Below are positions 1-11,105 of a DNA stretch of 64,000 bases, in pieces. The stretch comes from Naegleria gruberi (taxonomy: Eukaryota), in the NCBI GenBank assembly GCA_000004985.1, contig GG738882.1; one strand, 5' to 3'. The position numbers were made by a program, and so were the translations under genes. Each line of letters starts with the position of its first letter. The first letter of the stretch is position 1. Below the pieces are notes generated by a model, which had not been told where the DNA came from, searched no databases, and was given only the letters and a program-made list of their open reading frames with translations.

Positions 1-204
1 ATTCTGAAGTTAAATCCTTTGCTATTGAATTTTTGTGGATTACTTACACTGTTTGTGGCAGTTTCTTGGTGTTAGCTTTTGTGAGTATGGTTGCCTTCTT
101 TGTTGCCTCTTGTTGTGCGTGTAAGGAAAGCTTTGCACAACCAGAAAGATTAGAATAATTTCACTCAACTGTATTAATAAATATTTTTCTATTTACAACT
201 TGAT

Positions 205-1257
205 TTATTCTTGATCTTCTTCTGAAGATTTATGTAAATTCAAGAATGCAGACCAATAGTTGTGCATATCAATAGCAACAACACATGAATCCTTAACAGC
301 TTCAACTTCATCAGCTTGGAATTCTTCTAATAATTTGAGTGATTCTGGTTCAGAAATTGATCCCAAAGCTTCAGCAGCTTCGTGACGGACCATAGCATGT
401 TGATTCTTATCACGCAATGTACTTTCGAGAGCTTCAGCAGCAGCTCTTTCTTGAATTTGACCCAAAACAAAGGCAACTTCATGTTTGAAAAGAGCACCTT
501 CTTCTGGATTAGTCAAACCTTGACACAAAACTTCAATAGCTTGTCCCTTTCTCTTATAACACAAAGCATAATCATGCTTGTCCAATTCCAAATATTGACC
601 AGCAATGTTTCTCAAAGTAAACATAGCCTTATATCTTTCAAAAAGTGGCTTGCTCATATCGAGGAAAGTATTCTTAATATCATCAAATTGGAGTTTCTTA
701 TCATTTTCACAAGCTGGAGCAGGATCGACACTTGAGAATGGTGAATAGATAGTCTCTTCGTCACTTTGTTTCTTCTTTAATTGTTCTTGTTGATATTCAA
801 TATTCAAAATAGCCAATTCACAAGTTTCTCTAACTTCTCTGAGGGAATCCTTGCTGTGTTCTTCAAGTGCAGGGAGAGCAAGAGGTGATCCGATAGCACC
901 CAAAGCTTCACCAGCTTCGTGACGAACCATGCAATCTTCGGAAAGATCACTTAAAATCTTGACAAGAATAGGAATGGCATGCTCAGAGTGAATTTGACCC
1001 ATCACATAACCAATTTCGTGTCTCAAGAGAGCACTCTTACTGACAAAACCACTTGAAAGAACATCAATGGCTCTTTTAATTTTATCTTCGGATTCAGTCC
1101 ATTGCTTTAAATAATAAAGCATACGTGAACGTCTACTGACTGGAATGTCATCATTGGACAATAATTGTTTCAATTCGTCATCTGTGAAGGCAGCAAATTC
1201 ATCGGCTGGATCGTTGAAATTGTGTTTATCGGTTGAGATTTCTTCTTGTTGGCTCAT
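205..1257 (-). CDS. DOHH: Deoxyhypusine hydroxylase (HEAT-repeat metalloenzyme that completes eIF5A hypusination)
   Basis: 350-aa ORF with two symmetric halves. Each half carries two His-Glu dyads in HEAT-like repeats: LLRHEIGYVMGQI, MVRHEAGEALGAIG, LFKHEVAFVLGQI, MVRHEAAEALGSI. Four HE motifs in this arrangement are the DOHH signature. Length is similar to known DOHH (about 300 aa) plus acidic tails. Confidence 0.85.
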   Translation of the reverse strand: MSQQEEISTDKHNFNDPADEFAAFTDDELKQLLSNDDIPVSRRSRMLYYLKQWTESEDKIKRAIDVLSSGFVSKSALLRHEIGYVMGQIHSEHAIPILVKILSDLSEDCMVRHEAGEALGAIGSPLALPALEEHSKDSLREVRETCELAILNIEYQQEQLKKKQSDEETIYSPFSSVDPAPACENDKKLQFDDIKNTFLDMSKPLFERYKAMFTLRNIAGQYLELDKHDYALCYKRKGQAIEVLCQGLTNPEEGALFKHEVAFVLGQIQERAAAEALESTLRDKNQHAMVRHEAAEALGSISEPESLKLLEEFQADEVEAVKDSCVVAIDMHNYWSAFLNLHKSSEEDQE

Positions 1258-1569
1258 TTTTTTTGTTGACGAAGAACTTTTTCAATTAATTATTCAATTT
1301 ATTTCAATTTTTCAAATGTAAATAGATAGAAAGGTTGTGTTTGTTGATATGAACAATTGATGTTACAATGGAATCAAATGATTGGACCAAGTGTTCTGTC
1401 GAAGAATTTCATAGAAAGTGTGTTCCGATGATAGTTTATCCAAATTGCACACTTGATCTATTCTTTCTCATTCCAAAATCCTATTTAAAGCACATGGTTC
1501 AATAATCTTTTTGTCATCAAGTGTACACTTTTTGTAAACAATTCAACAATCAATAGGCGGTCATCACAT

Positions 1570-4500
1570 ATGTTAATTAGTGATTGTAAAAATAATAATT
1601 GGAACAAGATGAACTCGAGTCCGATGATGAACATGAGTTTTCAAAATTTACAAACACAAAAAAAAATGATCAGCTCCAAGCCCTTGTCATTTGTGATCAA
1701 TTCTTCTGCATCAGATGAAAATTCGGAAGAGAAGAATACAACAACATCAGCAACAAGTGAAAATGAAATGGAAAGAAAGAGATATGATAGACAAATGAGA
1801 GCAATTGGTAAGGAGGCCATGACACAGATTGGATCGGCAAGAATTTTGGTGATTGGATGTGGTGGTTTAGGTGTTGAAATTGTCAAGAATTTAATGTTGA
1901 TGGGATTCAAGTCTATTACAGTTTTTGATAACAAGAAGATTGTATCATATTTGGATTTGAACAGTCATTTCTACTTGAATGAAGATCATGTTGGATTGAA
2001 TAGACTCGATTCTGTGATTGATAGCTTGTACGAATTGAATCCATATTGTAAATTAGAAAAGTTAGAGGCCGAAACTTTGACTGAAGATATCATCAAGAAA
2101 TTTAACATTGTCATCAGTAGTGATGAGTTGATTGTTTCGGATTATGTAATTAATATTTCAGAAATTTGTCACACCAATGGTATCAAGTTTATTGCAGGCT
2201 ATACCATCGGCTTGTTTTCATCGAGTTTTGTTGATTTTGGAGAGGGATTTGTTGTCAAGGATGCAGATGGTGAGGCTCCTTCACATGGTATTGTATCCGG
2301 AATTGAAATTGTTCAAAAAGATGGAATCTCTGTTGCCATCATCAATACAAAGGATGAAACACAACCAGAGCCACACAACTTGTCCAATGATGACTATGTT
2401 AAATTCCACTCTATTGAAGGAATGGTCCAATTGAACAATACTGAAAAACCTTTCCAAGTCAAGGTAGTAGATGTTTACAGATTTGAACTTATAGGATTGG
2501 ATGTTTCAGAGTTTGGATCATACACACAAGGAGGTTACTTTAGACAGGTTAAACAAGAGAAAGTCTTGGATTTCAAGAGTTTGAAGCAATCTCTTGTTGA
2601 TATCGATGCTGGATTGTTTGATGATATTTCTGCATTCCTATTGTACAATTTTGCCAAGATGGATTATCCTATCAAATTGCACTATTATTCCCTTGCTCTC
2701 AATAGATTCATTTCACAAAAAGGCAGACTTCCTCAAAATTATAACACTGAAGAAGCTAAGGAAATAATCTCTATTGCTTCAAATATTTTGGAATCTACTG
2801 AAAGAAAGGCTCCATACTTTGTTGATGAAATTTTATTCTCCCTCTTGTCTTATACCATGTCAGGTCCATTGAATCCAATGTGTACCATGTTGGGTGGTTT
2901 GCTTGCACAAGAAGCTCAAAAGGCATGTACTGGAAAATTCTCTCCTCTCTTCCAATGGTGTTACTTGGAATCTGTTAATTCAATTCCAGATATTATTACC
3001 AATGCTATCAAGGAAAATGTTAATGCTGACATTCGACCAACCCTCTCCAAATTGAATATTGATGTCGAGCCAAAGAATAATAGATATGATGCACAAAATA
3101 TGATATTTGGTGCTGATTTCCAACAACATTTGACCAATCAAAAAGTTTTCCTTGTAGGAGCTGGTGCTTTGGGATGTGAGTATTTGAAGAATTTTGCCAT
3201 GATTGGTTTGGGTTCAGGACCAAGAGGTACACTCTCTGTGACTGATATGGATTCTATTGAAGTATCCAATTTGAGTAGACAATTCTTGTTCAGAGAGGAA
3301 CATGTGGGAAAGATGAAGAGTGAATGTGCTGCCAAGGCTGCTCAAAAGATGAATCCATCACTCAATATTAGAGCTATGGCTGATAGAGTTGGAAAGGAAA
3401 CTGAAAATGTTTTTGATTCTTCTTTCTGGGGTGAGCTTGACCTTGTTGTCAATGCTCTGGATAATTTGGAAGCAAGACTCTATGTTGACTCCAAGTGTGT
3501 CTACAATCAAAAACCATTATTGGAAAGTGGTACTCTTGGAGCTAAGGCTAATAGTGAAGTCATTTTACCATTCGTCACCAACAATTATGGTAAACATAAG
3601 GATCCACCTCAAAAGCAATTCCCTGAATGTACCATTCACAGATATCCAAACATGATTCAACACACTATTTCTTGGGCTAAAGCTTTCTTCCAATCTTCAT
3701 TCACCAAATCTGTTGAAGAAGCAAAACTCTTCTTGAAATCACCGCAAGCATTCTTTGAAGAGAAGGGAAACAATATGGTTACTTTGGACTCTGTAACAAT
3801 GTACTTGTGTCAAAGACCTCAAAGTTTTGAAGACTGCTTGAGCTGGAGTGTAATTAGATTTGAAGAGCTTTACAATCACTCAATCAAAAATATTTTACTC
3901 ACTTACCCAGAAGCTTTCACAACAAGTTCTGGTGCCAGATTTTGGAGTGGTTCCAAGAAATGTCCAAAGCCGATCGAATTTTCTGTTGAAGACGAAACTC
4001 ATTTGAAATTTGTATTTTATGGCGCTTTACTTTATGCCTCACTCTTTAATATTGAAGGTCCAGCCGATTGCAGATCTAACCATGCCAAGTTCTTCGAAGC
4101 TAACAAACAATATCTTATTGATGTGGTTTCTAGAACAGTCATTCCAAAATACATTCCAAATCCAATTAGCAGAGACGATGACGATGCTAAGGACTCTTCA
4201 AAGGAAGGATCTTCTGAAAAGCCAAAGGAGCTATCTGAAGAAGAAATTGAACGTCAACAAAGACAAATGAATGAATATACCACCAAGCTTAGAAATGATC
4301 TCACCACTGTAGCAGAGAAAATTGATAGCGACCGTGCCTTATTGGAAACAGCCTTCTTTTTGACTGATATCGACTTTGAAAAAGATGATGACATGCATAT
4401 GGAATTTATCACCAGTGCTAGTAATTTAAGAGCCAGATGTTACAATATTCCTGAAATTGATGTTTATGAAACTAAGGGTATTGCTGGAAGTATCATTCCA

Positions 4501-5124
4501 GCCATGATTACCACCACTGCACTCATTACTGGTCTTGTTGTTCTTGAGCTCTATAAGGTTTTGGATTTGAACTTTAATGAACTCAAAGAAAAACTCAAGA
4601 CTGAAGGAGATAAGGAAAAGTTTTTGGAAAGATTTAGCAATTCCTATGTAAATATTGGAATTCCATTCATTACTCAATCCGAACCAGTTCCATGCAAGAA
4701 AGATGTTGCCAATGGTTTGTACGATATTTGGGAAACTATCAATATTTCAAAGACCAAGGATAATGTTGGAACTCTGGGTGAGCTCATCGAACACATTCAA
4801 TCAACAACCAAGTTGACAGTCACCAGTGTTACTTACGAAGGTGCCATACTGTACACCTGTTTTATGGCTGATGAAACTAAGGAAAAGAGAATGGCTCGTC
4901 CACTCGATCAACTTTTGAATGCCATTTTCAAATCAGAAAAGAGCAAGACAGTTTTCAACTTGGGAGTTTTGGCTATGGATCTCAACAGTACAACCAACTC
5001 TGATATTGTAACTTTACCAACAGTTGTTTACTCTGCAGAGAAGGGTGGTTTATCTGAGGAAGAAAAGAAGAAACTATTATTAGAAAAGAAAAAGCAATTG
5101 CTTAAACAAAAGCAACAAAAGTAA
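1570..5124 (+). CDS. UBA1: Ubiquitin-like modifier activating enzyme E1 (UBA1 family); true start may be a downstream Met (e.g. 1612)
   Basis: 1184-aa intronless ORF. Two ThiF/MoeB adenylation folds with GxGxxG: ILVIGCGGLGVEIVKNL and KVFLVGAGALGCEYLKNF. SNLSRQFLFR..HVGK motif. Catalytic-Cys region QFPECTIHRYP resembles the UBA1 PICTLKNFP region. C-terminal ubiquitin-fold domain region. Length fits E1 enzymes. Confidence 0.8.
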   Translation: MLISDCKNNNWNKMNSSPMMNMSFQNLQTQKKMISSKPLSFVINSSASDENSEEKNTTTSATSENEMERKRYDRQMRAIGKEAMTQIGSARILVIGCGGLGVEIVKNLMLMGFKSITVFDNKKIVSYLDLNSHFYLNEDHVGLNRLDSVIDSLYELNPYCKLEKLEAETLTEDIIKKFNIVISSDELIVSDYVINISEICHTNGIKFIAGYTIGLFSSSFVDFGEGFVVKDADGEAPSHGIVSGIEIVQKDGISVAIINTKDETQPEPHNLSNDDYVKFHSIEGMVQLNNTEKPFQVKVVDVYRFELIGLDVSEFGSYTQGGYFRQVKQEKVLDFKSLKQSLVDIDAGLFDDISAFLLYNFAKMDYPIKLHYYSLALNRFISQKGRLPQNYNTEEAKEIISIASNILESTERKAPYFVDEILFSLLSYTMSGPLNPMCTMLGGLLAQEAQKACTGKFSPLFQWCYLESVNSIPDIITNAIKENVNADIRPTLSKLNIDVEPKNNRYDAQNMIFGADFQQHLTNQKVFLVGAGALGCEYLKNFAMIGLGSGPRGTLSVTDMDSIEVSNLSRQFLFREEHVGKMKSECAAKAAQKMNPSLNIRAMADRVGKETENVFDSSFWGELDLVVNALDNLEARLYVDSKCVYNQKPLLESGTLGAKANSEVILPFVTNNYGKHKDPPQKQFPECTIHRYPNMIQHTISWAKAFFQSSFTKSVEEAKLFLKSPQAFFEEKGNNMVTLDSVTMYLCQRPQSFEDCLSWSVIRFEELYNHSIKNILLTYPEAFTTSSGARFWSGSKKCPKPIEFSVEDETHLKFVFYGALLYASLFNIEGPADCRSNHAKFFEANKQYLIDVVSRTVIPKYIPNPISRDDDDAKDSSKEGSSEKPKELSEEEIERQQRQMNEYTTKLRNDLTTVAEKIDSDRALLETAFFLTDIDFEKDDDMHMEFITSASNLRARCYNIPEIDVYETKGIAGSIIPAMITTTALITGLVVLELYKVLDLNFNELKEKLKTEGDKEKFLERFSNSYVNIGIPFITQSEPVPCKKDVANGLYDIWETINISKTKDNVGTLGELIEHIQSTTKLTVTSVTYEGAILYTCFMADETKEKRMARPLDQLLNAIFKSEKSKTVFNLGVLAMDLNSTTNSDIVTLPTVVYSAEKGGLSEEEKKKLLLEKKKQLLKQKQQK

Positions 5125-5153
5125 ATTATTGTTTTGTAAGTAATAAGTAATAT

Positions 5154-5924
5154 TTATTTGTAATAATAAATAACCAAAAAAGCAAACATTATGATAATTG
5201 TGATGGCTTTAAATAAATCAATAACTTCTTTTCTTTCCTTGCTAAGTAAAATAGATTCCATATTTGCAAACCCATGCTCCACAGTTTTTTCAACTAACGT
5301 AACCTGACTCTTCAAATTTGATATCCTCTTTTTGAGTTTTTCAATTTTGCGACAAGTTTCATGACTGTTGCTGATTGATGTTATGGTGTCCGAAGAACTT
5401 ATAGTGGAAGCAGACGATCTGTCATTTCTTGGAGAAAGTGGATATGTTGGAGGGTATATTTTGGTCGGACCATACTGTTCATCACTTGAAACAACGTTGA
5501 AGTCTTTAATACTGTCGTTCAACTTTTCAGCAAGATTGAATAGTTGAGAAATAATATTAGTTGCTTTGTCTCTGTTACATTGAAAAACAACATCTATTAA
5601 ATTATCACCACATCTGCGAATACCACCATCAAGTTTAAAATCTTGCAAGAGAGTGTTGTAGTTTGTCTTTGATCCGTTAATGTCTTTATTTTTACTAATT
5701 CGGGAATAAATTGTAATATTTTCCGATTTTCCAAAGTTTTTTGTCTTGTTTTCTACTAAATGAATAGCCGTTAATTTGGAAATTTTAGGCCTTCTATTTA
5801 CATCACTATTGAATATTACAGCGTTGTTAAAATGTTTGCAAGTCATCATCAAGTTGTATTTGATTGACGGAGAGAAGGCAATAATTTCAGAAAGCAAATG
5901 GTAAGGAAAAAGTTGTTGTTTCAT
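5154..5924 (-). CDS. Hypothetical tail-anchored membrane protein with F-box-like N-terminus and coiled coil
   Basis: 256-aa ORF. N-terminus FPYHLLSEIIAFSPSIKYNLMMTCKHFNNAV resembles F-box (LPxEILxxI...CKxW). Central coiled-coil-like segment KIEKLKKRISNLKSQVTLVEKTVE. Single C-terminal hydrophobic helix ITIIIMFAFLVIYYYK at the extreme C-terminus. Confidence 0.35.
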   Translation of the reverse strand: MKQQLFPYHLLSEIIAFSPSIKYNLMMTCKHFNNAVIFNSDVNRRPKISKLTAIHLVENKTKNFGKSENITIYSRISKNKDINGSKTNYNTLLQDFKLDGGIRRCGDNLIDVVFQCNRDKATNIISQLFNLAEKLNDSIKDFNVVSSDEQYGPTKIYPPTYPLSPRNDRSSASTISSSDTITSISNSHETCRKIEKLKKRISNLKSQVTLVEKTVEHGFANMESILLSKERKEVIDLFKAITIIIMFAFLVIYYYK

Positions 5925-6292
5925 TTTTTATTTTTAGTCTAGTTTTTAGAAACAGGTTTGGATTTTTTAGACTTGGAATCAATCTGCATATCTTTGATTT
6001 GAATATCAGCGACTGTAATAAACTTGTAGCCATTACATGAGGTATCAATTTATAATTTTTGTTGCATTTCAATTGCTTCAGTAACAGTTCTTAAAGGATA
6101 GACTAAAAATGTTGAAATGTCATTAGCAATACAACGACACTGGTAAAAATTCTTGAGAAAACGTCTCCGGCCAGCGTCCGTGATTCAACAATTAAAAAAA
6201 AATGATCAAACAACAACATGATACTATCTCATCCTTTGATCACTCTATAGAGATCCAACAACAAAAAAACAACACAACTTTTACTTTTAAAT

Positions 6293-7066
6293 ATGACTAA
6301 ATCAGCAAATAAATTAATAGATTTCGTTACTTATACCAATGATTGCTTTACGTCAAAAAGCAAGCCAAAGGTAGAGAAGATCTTTGACTCAATCGAGAAG
6401 AAGGTTGCCAAGAAAAGAAAGGTAAGTTTTTTATTTATTATTATTATATATGTATTATAATTGAATTGAATTAAATAATACAATTAGAGCACTACCACCA
6501 AGAAAACAAGCAAGAACACACTCATCAACATTCCAAAGAAAGCAACCAAGCCTACACCTTGTCAATTTGGTGGTGTTGATTGGAGATCTGTTATTGCCAC
6601 TTATGATCAAGATATATTGGAACTCTACTATCAAAACAGAAGACTAAAAGAATTTACAATGGAGGCTGCAAACATTTTGCACACAAGATTGCAACCAAAT
6701 TTCAGCAAGTTCGGAACGTGGAATTTTCTAGGATCTTGTACAAAGGAATTATTGAACAAACTGTTCTCTCATCAAGATTGTTTGACTTGGGACGCTCCTT
6801 TTACATCAAAAGAAAACGGACAAGTTATCAAGAAGACTCAAACCTTCTTCTATTTTTGTGGATCTATGCCAGATTTATTAACAGGAGAGTTTGAATGGGA
6901 ATTTAAGCAACATCCAATTACGGAAGATTTCAATTTTAAACAGATCGAATCTTTTTATAATGAGCTAGTAATTATCATCAAACCAGATAATCGAGTCTTC
7001 TGTCATTACTCTCAAGTAACACAAAGCTTTTGTCCAATTCTCAAGAAATATCTTCGTGTTTGTTAA
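6293..7066 (+). CDS. Hypothetical protein, 2 exons (6293..6421, 6488..7066), about 236 aa
   Basis: ATG at 6293 opens a Lys-rich exon (MTKSANKLIDFV...KKVAKKRK) that ends exactly at a GTAAGT donor at 6422. A 66-nt AT-rich intron ends in CAATTAG at 6487. The downstream exon stays in frame into the 149-aa ORF 6617..7066. No recognisable domain. Confidence 0.45.
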
Positions 7067-7126
7067 GTTTCAATAAATATGCCAATTTCAAAAATTACGT
7101 CAAGTTTCAATTTTAAATAAATCCAA

Positions 7127-9427
7127 TTAATTTATTTCAAAACCTCCTATTCTTTGAGGTGGCATTCTTTCTGGTGCTATCATTGCTTCAGGCATTGGAA
7201 CATTTCCTTCTTCATCTCTGTGTAAATTGGTTAAAGAGACCAACCAATTTTCATCATTCATTTCACCAAGTTCCATAATTAGTAATTTGGAGTGAAGGAA
7301 TGAGTGATCACTTTGTTCAACTTCTTTCAGTTCAGTGTGTTTTCCTAGCCATGGGAAACCATTTACACTTGCTAAATAAATACGTCTGTGCTCTTGTTGT
7401 AACAGTTGGAGAGTTTCTAACTTATTTGCTTTTCCACCTGAAGCTGTGCTTCTTTCTAGAGCTAACCGATGGCCAGCATGGATGTTTTCACTTCCTTCAT
7501 TAGCAAATTTCACTAATGGACCATAAATGAAAATCAAATCTGGAACATGCTTAATCAAAATGTGGAAGTAATATGCAAATTTTGATGTTGGATAAATCTC
7601 TCTCAATAAACGGCCAACGTACTTGCACATTAATTGTAAAGTGTCCTTCTTGTCCACATCACCAATTAGCGAATCAGGACCTTCAATAAAATCAAAAAAA
7701 ATAACTCGAACCAACTCCCACAACATCACTCCTTTGTAATCCAAATAGCCATCAAATATTTTCTCAAAGTTGCGGAGGATTTCATCAACTTGATCACCAT
7801 TTAAATATGGAATTTTTGGATAATGTTGATCACTCACACCTTCATCTTCATCCTCTTGTCTCTCGTTTCTGTATTTGAATTGAGATAGATGTGGTAATCT
7901 TTTCATTCTTGATTCAATTACATCCCATACATCTTTTCCGTGTTGGAGTAAAATCTGTACCACCAAACAAGAAACAATTCTCATCTTCATATGCAAGGAA
8001 CAAATAATATTATGGACTAGGACATTAGGCATCATTCTGAAAAATAATGTTCTTGGATCATTATCATGTTCATAAAGATGACGTTGTGATTTCTTACATT
8101 TACAATAAGGACAAAAACATTCTTCATCATTCAAGTCAGATATTAATCCAAACATCTTCAAATCATGTACCATGAATATTTTGATTGGAATGGAAGTATC
8201 ATTATACATTATTTCAAAGAAACCAGTTAAAGAATTGTAACTTTCCTCTAATATTGAAGTAATGAACCTTAAAATGGCATTAGATGCTTCCATATTTTCA
8301 TCATAATCTAGAATGGCACAAATAATTTGAGAGAATCTGGATTGTGCTGCCACTTGTAAATTTAAAGGAGCAACAGATCCCACCAAATAAGTCTCAGTTC
8401 CCTTATCTAATGAAAGTTTCAAGTCTACACTAGAAAGGCTATTGCTAATATTATTCTTGCTACAAATTGATTTGTGAATATTTAACATGTCACCCAATAC
8501 TTTCACAAAATTACAACAAACGGCTACACCATTAACAAACACGTTATATCTAGCTTGGGTGCATTCATGAATGGCACTTCTCAATCTACACAATGTTCTA
8601 GAACAAGGAAGAATACATTTCAAACCTGTATATTCAATGAATGTTTGATATTTCTCATCACTTAGTAGAATGAAATCTTTCACATATTGAATTAGTTTCT
8701 TGCTTATATCTAATTTACTTTTGACTGTAGAAACAGCATTCTTGATTTGTAACCATAATGATTCGTTTTCTTTACCTGTGGATGGATTAATTCTCATACA
8801 CCTTAACATCTTCACAAATTCTGGGATATTTCTTTGAAAGTAGAGAGCTAACATTAACAGTAAGTTTAATCCACAAGCTGTACAAATACCATACAAAATA
8901 TTCATAACATTATTTACAATTTTGTTTCTATAGGTAGCATCTGTCATTTCTGTAATTTTCTTTCTATACTTTGTGGAACATGTGATACTTTCATTACCAC
9001 AAGCAGAACAGCAACCTCCTACGAATTTCAAATTAATTCCTGACTGCTCAACATTATTTCTTATTACAATGGGTGTTAAATCTTGGACTAAATATTTGGA
9101 AATTAATTCCAAAACAGATTCTTTACATTTACAGGATGGACTCAATAGAAATGATAAGGCCCAAACCGGTTCAACAAATTTATTTTTTTCAATCATCATT
9201 CCTTTCCAATTGGATTTATTAGGTTTAAAATATTTTGGCTTTCTTGGAGTTGTACTATATTTCTTTAATAATTTTGTAATATTAATGTATTTTTCTTCAT
9301 TTTGGGTTGTTATTTCAATATCAGTTCGATCAAAAATAGTATGGATATTTGGAATTACCTCACTTAGTGACAGAAATTCGGATTGTTGATCATTACTTGA
9401 TGATTGAGTATGATCAAGGGATGACAT
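7127..9427 (-). CDS. Cys-rich hypothetical protein, possibly transposase-derived (TNP2/En-Spm-like); function unverified
   Basis: 766-aa intronless ORF with many Cys, including CPYCKCKK and CxxC pairs. C-terminal motif YFHILIKHVPDLIFIYGPLVKFANEGSENIHAGHRL resembles the H..HL...I..GP...F.FE motif of DUF4218/TNP2-type transposases. A shorter copy of this motif lies in the nearby ORF 10355..10660. Confidence 0.45.
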   Translation of the reverse strand: MSSLDHTQSSSNDQQSEFLSLSEVIPNIHTIFDRTDIEITTQNEEKYINITKLLKKYSTTPRKPKYFKPNKSNWKGMMIEKNKFVEPVWALSFLLSPSCKCKESVLELISKYLVQDLTPIVIRNNVEQSGINLKFVGGCCSACGNESITCSTKYRKKITEMTDATYRNKIVNNVMNILYGICTACGLNLLLMLALYFQRNIPEFVKMLRCMRINPSTGKENESLWLQIKNAVSTVKSKLDISKKLIQYVKDFILLSDEKYQTFIEYTGLKCILPCSRTLCRLRSAIHECTQARYNVFVNGVAVCCNFVKVLGDMLNIHKSICSKNNISNSLSSVDLKLSLDKGTETYLVGSVAPLNLQVAAQSRFSQIICAILDYDENMEASNAILRFITSILEESYNSLTGFFEIMYNDTSIPIKIFMVHDLKMFGLISDLNDEECFCPYCKCKKSQRHLYEHDNDPRTLFFRMMPNVLVHNIICSLHMKMRIVSCLVVQILLQHGKDVWDVIESRMKRLPHLSQFKYRNERQEDEDEGVSDQHYPKIPYLNGDQVDEILRNFEKIFDGYLDYKGVMLWELVRVIFFDFIEGPDSLIGDVDKKDTLQLMCKYVGRLLREIYPTSKFAYYFHILIKHVPDLIFIYGPLVKFANEGSENIHAGHRLALERSTASGGKANKLETLQLLQQEHRRIYLASVNGFPWLGKHTELKEVEQSDHSFLHSKLLIMELGEMNDENWLVSLTNLHRDEEGNVPMPEAMIAPERMPPQRIGGFEIN

Positions 9428-9956
9428 TTTATTTTAAACTTGTTTACAATAAAATTCCAGAAATATTTGGAGTTGTAGTATGTTCTCAATCTATAATTAA
9501 TTTTTTGAAGGTGGCATCTGGGGAGTTGTTGAAGCTTTATTAGGTTCATGGATATAAAAAGCTTCGCTTCTATAAAGAATGGGGCAACCAGGAGTGCACC
9601 ATCAGTAGGGTATTGTCATTGTATTGACATTTACAATAATCTCCTTTTTGGCATTTACATTTAGAACATGTATAGCTTTCAAGAAATAATGATAGCCATC
9701 TTTGTACAGAATCCCAAATCCAAGGACCTATTAGAATTCCAATCTTTTCAATTGAATCAGTGTAAGAGTTATAAACATCAATTGATTTTCCATTAATTTC
9801 ATTCAACTCTTCAACTAGTTTTGTAGCTAATTTGAATTGGGAAATAAGAAGCACAACAATTGTAAATAAATTAATCAGTTTTACTTCAAATTAATTTTCA
9901 GCAGAGTAAATTAAGGGCAACTTTCAGTCAAATACCAACACACTAAAAGCCGCATA

Positions 9957-10040
9957 GAAACTGAATGTTCACCGAATAGTCACTGAATGTTTACCATATA
10001 ATAACTGAATGGTTACTGAATATTTATTGAATAGTTACCC
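9957..10040. repeat. Degenerate short tandem repeat, units related to (T)ACTGAATG(T)TTACC
   Basis: Read directly: ctgaatgttcacc / cgaatagtcactgaatgtttacc / aactgaatggttactgaatatttattgaatagttaccc. At least 5 imperfect copies of a CTGAATG-containing unit in an ORF-free stretch. Confidence 0.4.
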
Positions 10041-10354
10041 ACAACAAAGCCTTGATAAAAATCAAGTCGCCAAGATGATGTAAAGACACCATGACAATAA
10101 ATCCAATCATCAAATCTTTTTCAATAAATTTCTTAATAACAATATTTCTAATTTGTAAAGGTAGCATTATTTGGATTTGAGAACTTACTTTCCACTAACT
10201 GTGATTGCAAATTGAGATTCTTGGAATATTGATATTGAAACTAAGAATTTTACCTAAACAATCTTTCTTCACCACCATGACATCATTAGCCGTAGTGTTA
10301 ACATGAAATTCCTATGTTTGAGTATTAATTATGAATGATTTGTTTCAATGATAC

Positions 10355-10660
10355 TTACATAATTCTTATCAATAAGTTGGAGTAATGATGAATTTTCTTC
10401 TTTAGAGATACGAATAGACACTTCCCTTGAAATATTAATTGATTCTGCGAGGTAGTTTCAACTTGATATGTGCCATGAATAAATTTCTTGAATATCTTAT
10501 TATAGGATTCATATGGAAAACATAGGAGACCATGTCTCTCAATTTCGGTTAAATGAATAAGATGATGAACATTTAAGGACAAATATTCTGGAGGGTTCAA
10601 TTCATCGTACTCCAATACTGATATATATTTGCTTTTTCCAAATCCTCTTTGGAAATACAA
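10355..10660 (-). other. Small ORF or gene fragment sharing a transposase-like H..HL..I..G.L motif with the 766-aa ORF; possible relic
   Basis: 101-aa ORF containing LNVHHLIHLTEIERHGLLCFPYESYNKIFKKFIHGTYQ. This parallels YFHILIKHVPDLIFIYGPLVKFANEGSENIHAGH in ORF 7127..9427. The surrounding region 9430..11100 lacks long ORFs. Confidence 0.2.
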
Positions 10661-11105
10661 TCAGAAAATAATATTCTCAATGCTTCAGAAAGGTACTAAA
10701 ACCTCATGGCATTTCCACAACTAATAATCATCCAATGATGAAATTACAGCTCCATAAATTAACAATAGTGAACTATGTGACTTATTGTTAACCTTGGGAT
10801 TCTATGGAGATTACAATGAATGTAATACAGAGCTAAAGAAACACTTAGAAAGCAATCTCGAGTTCAATGAAGAGGAGAAACAAGATTTATCAGAAGCACT
10901 TTGCTATTTATTCAAAGATTGTTGTCCGACTTATGAAGGTTTGGAGCTAATCATTCAAGTAATGAAAAAGTTCAATATTACCTATGAATTGAGTAAGAAA
11001 TATCCAACAAAATCTGTTAATCCATATTCAGAAAGTGGAAGTAGAGGAAGACACAATAAATTCTTCAAATAAAAGGCAATCACTTAAGGTTATAGAGCTA
11101 ATATC

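Noticed and set aside
382-735. 117-aa plus-strand ORF inside the DOHH gene
   Set aside because: It is fully nested antisense to a well-supported conserved CDS. Low-complexity composition (S/F/L/I-rich) is typical of antisense AT-rich coding DNA.
9570-9854. 94-aa minus-strand ORF with a CSKCKCQKGDYCKCQ Cys cluster (metallothionein-like look)
   Set aside because: No start or stop context supporting an independent gene, and no flanking exons could be joined. Most likely chance or relic sequence in the decayed 9.4-11.1 kb stretch. Kept only as context for the transposon-relic finding.
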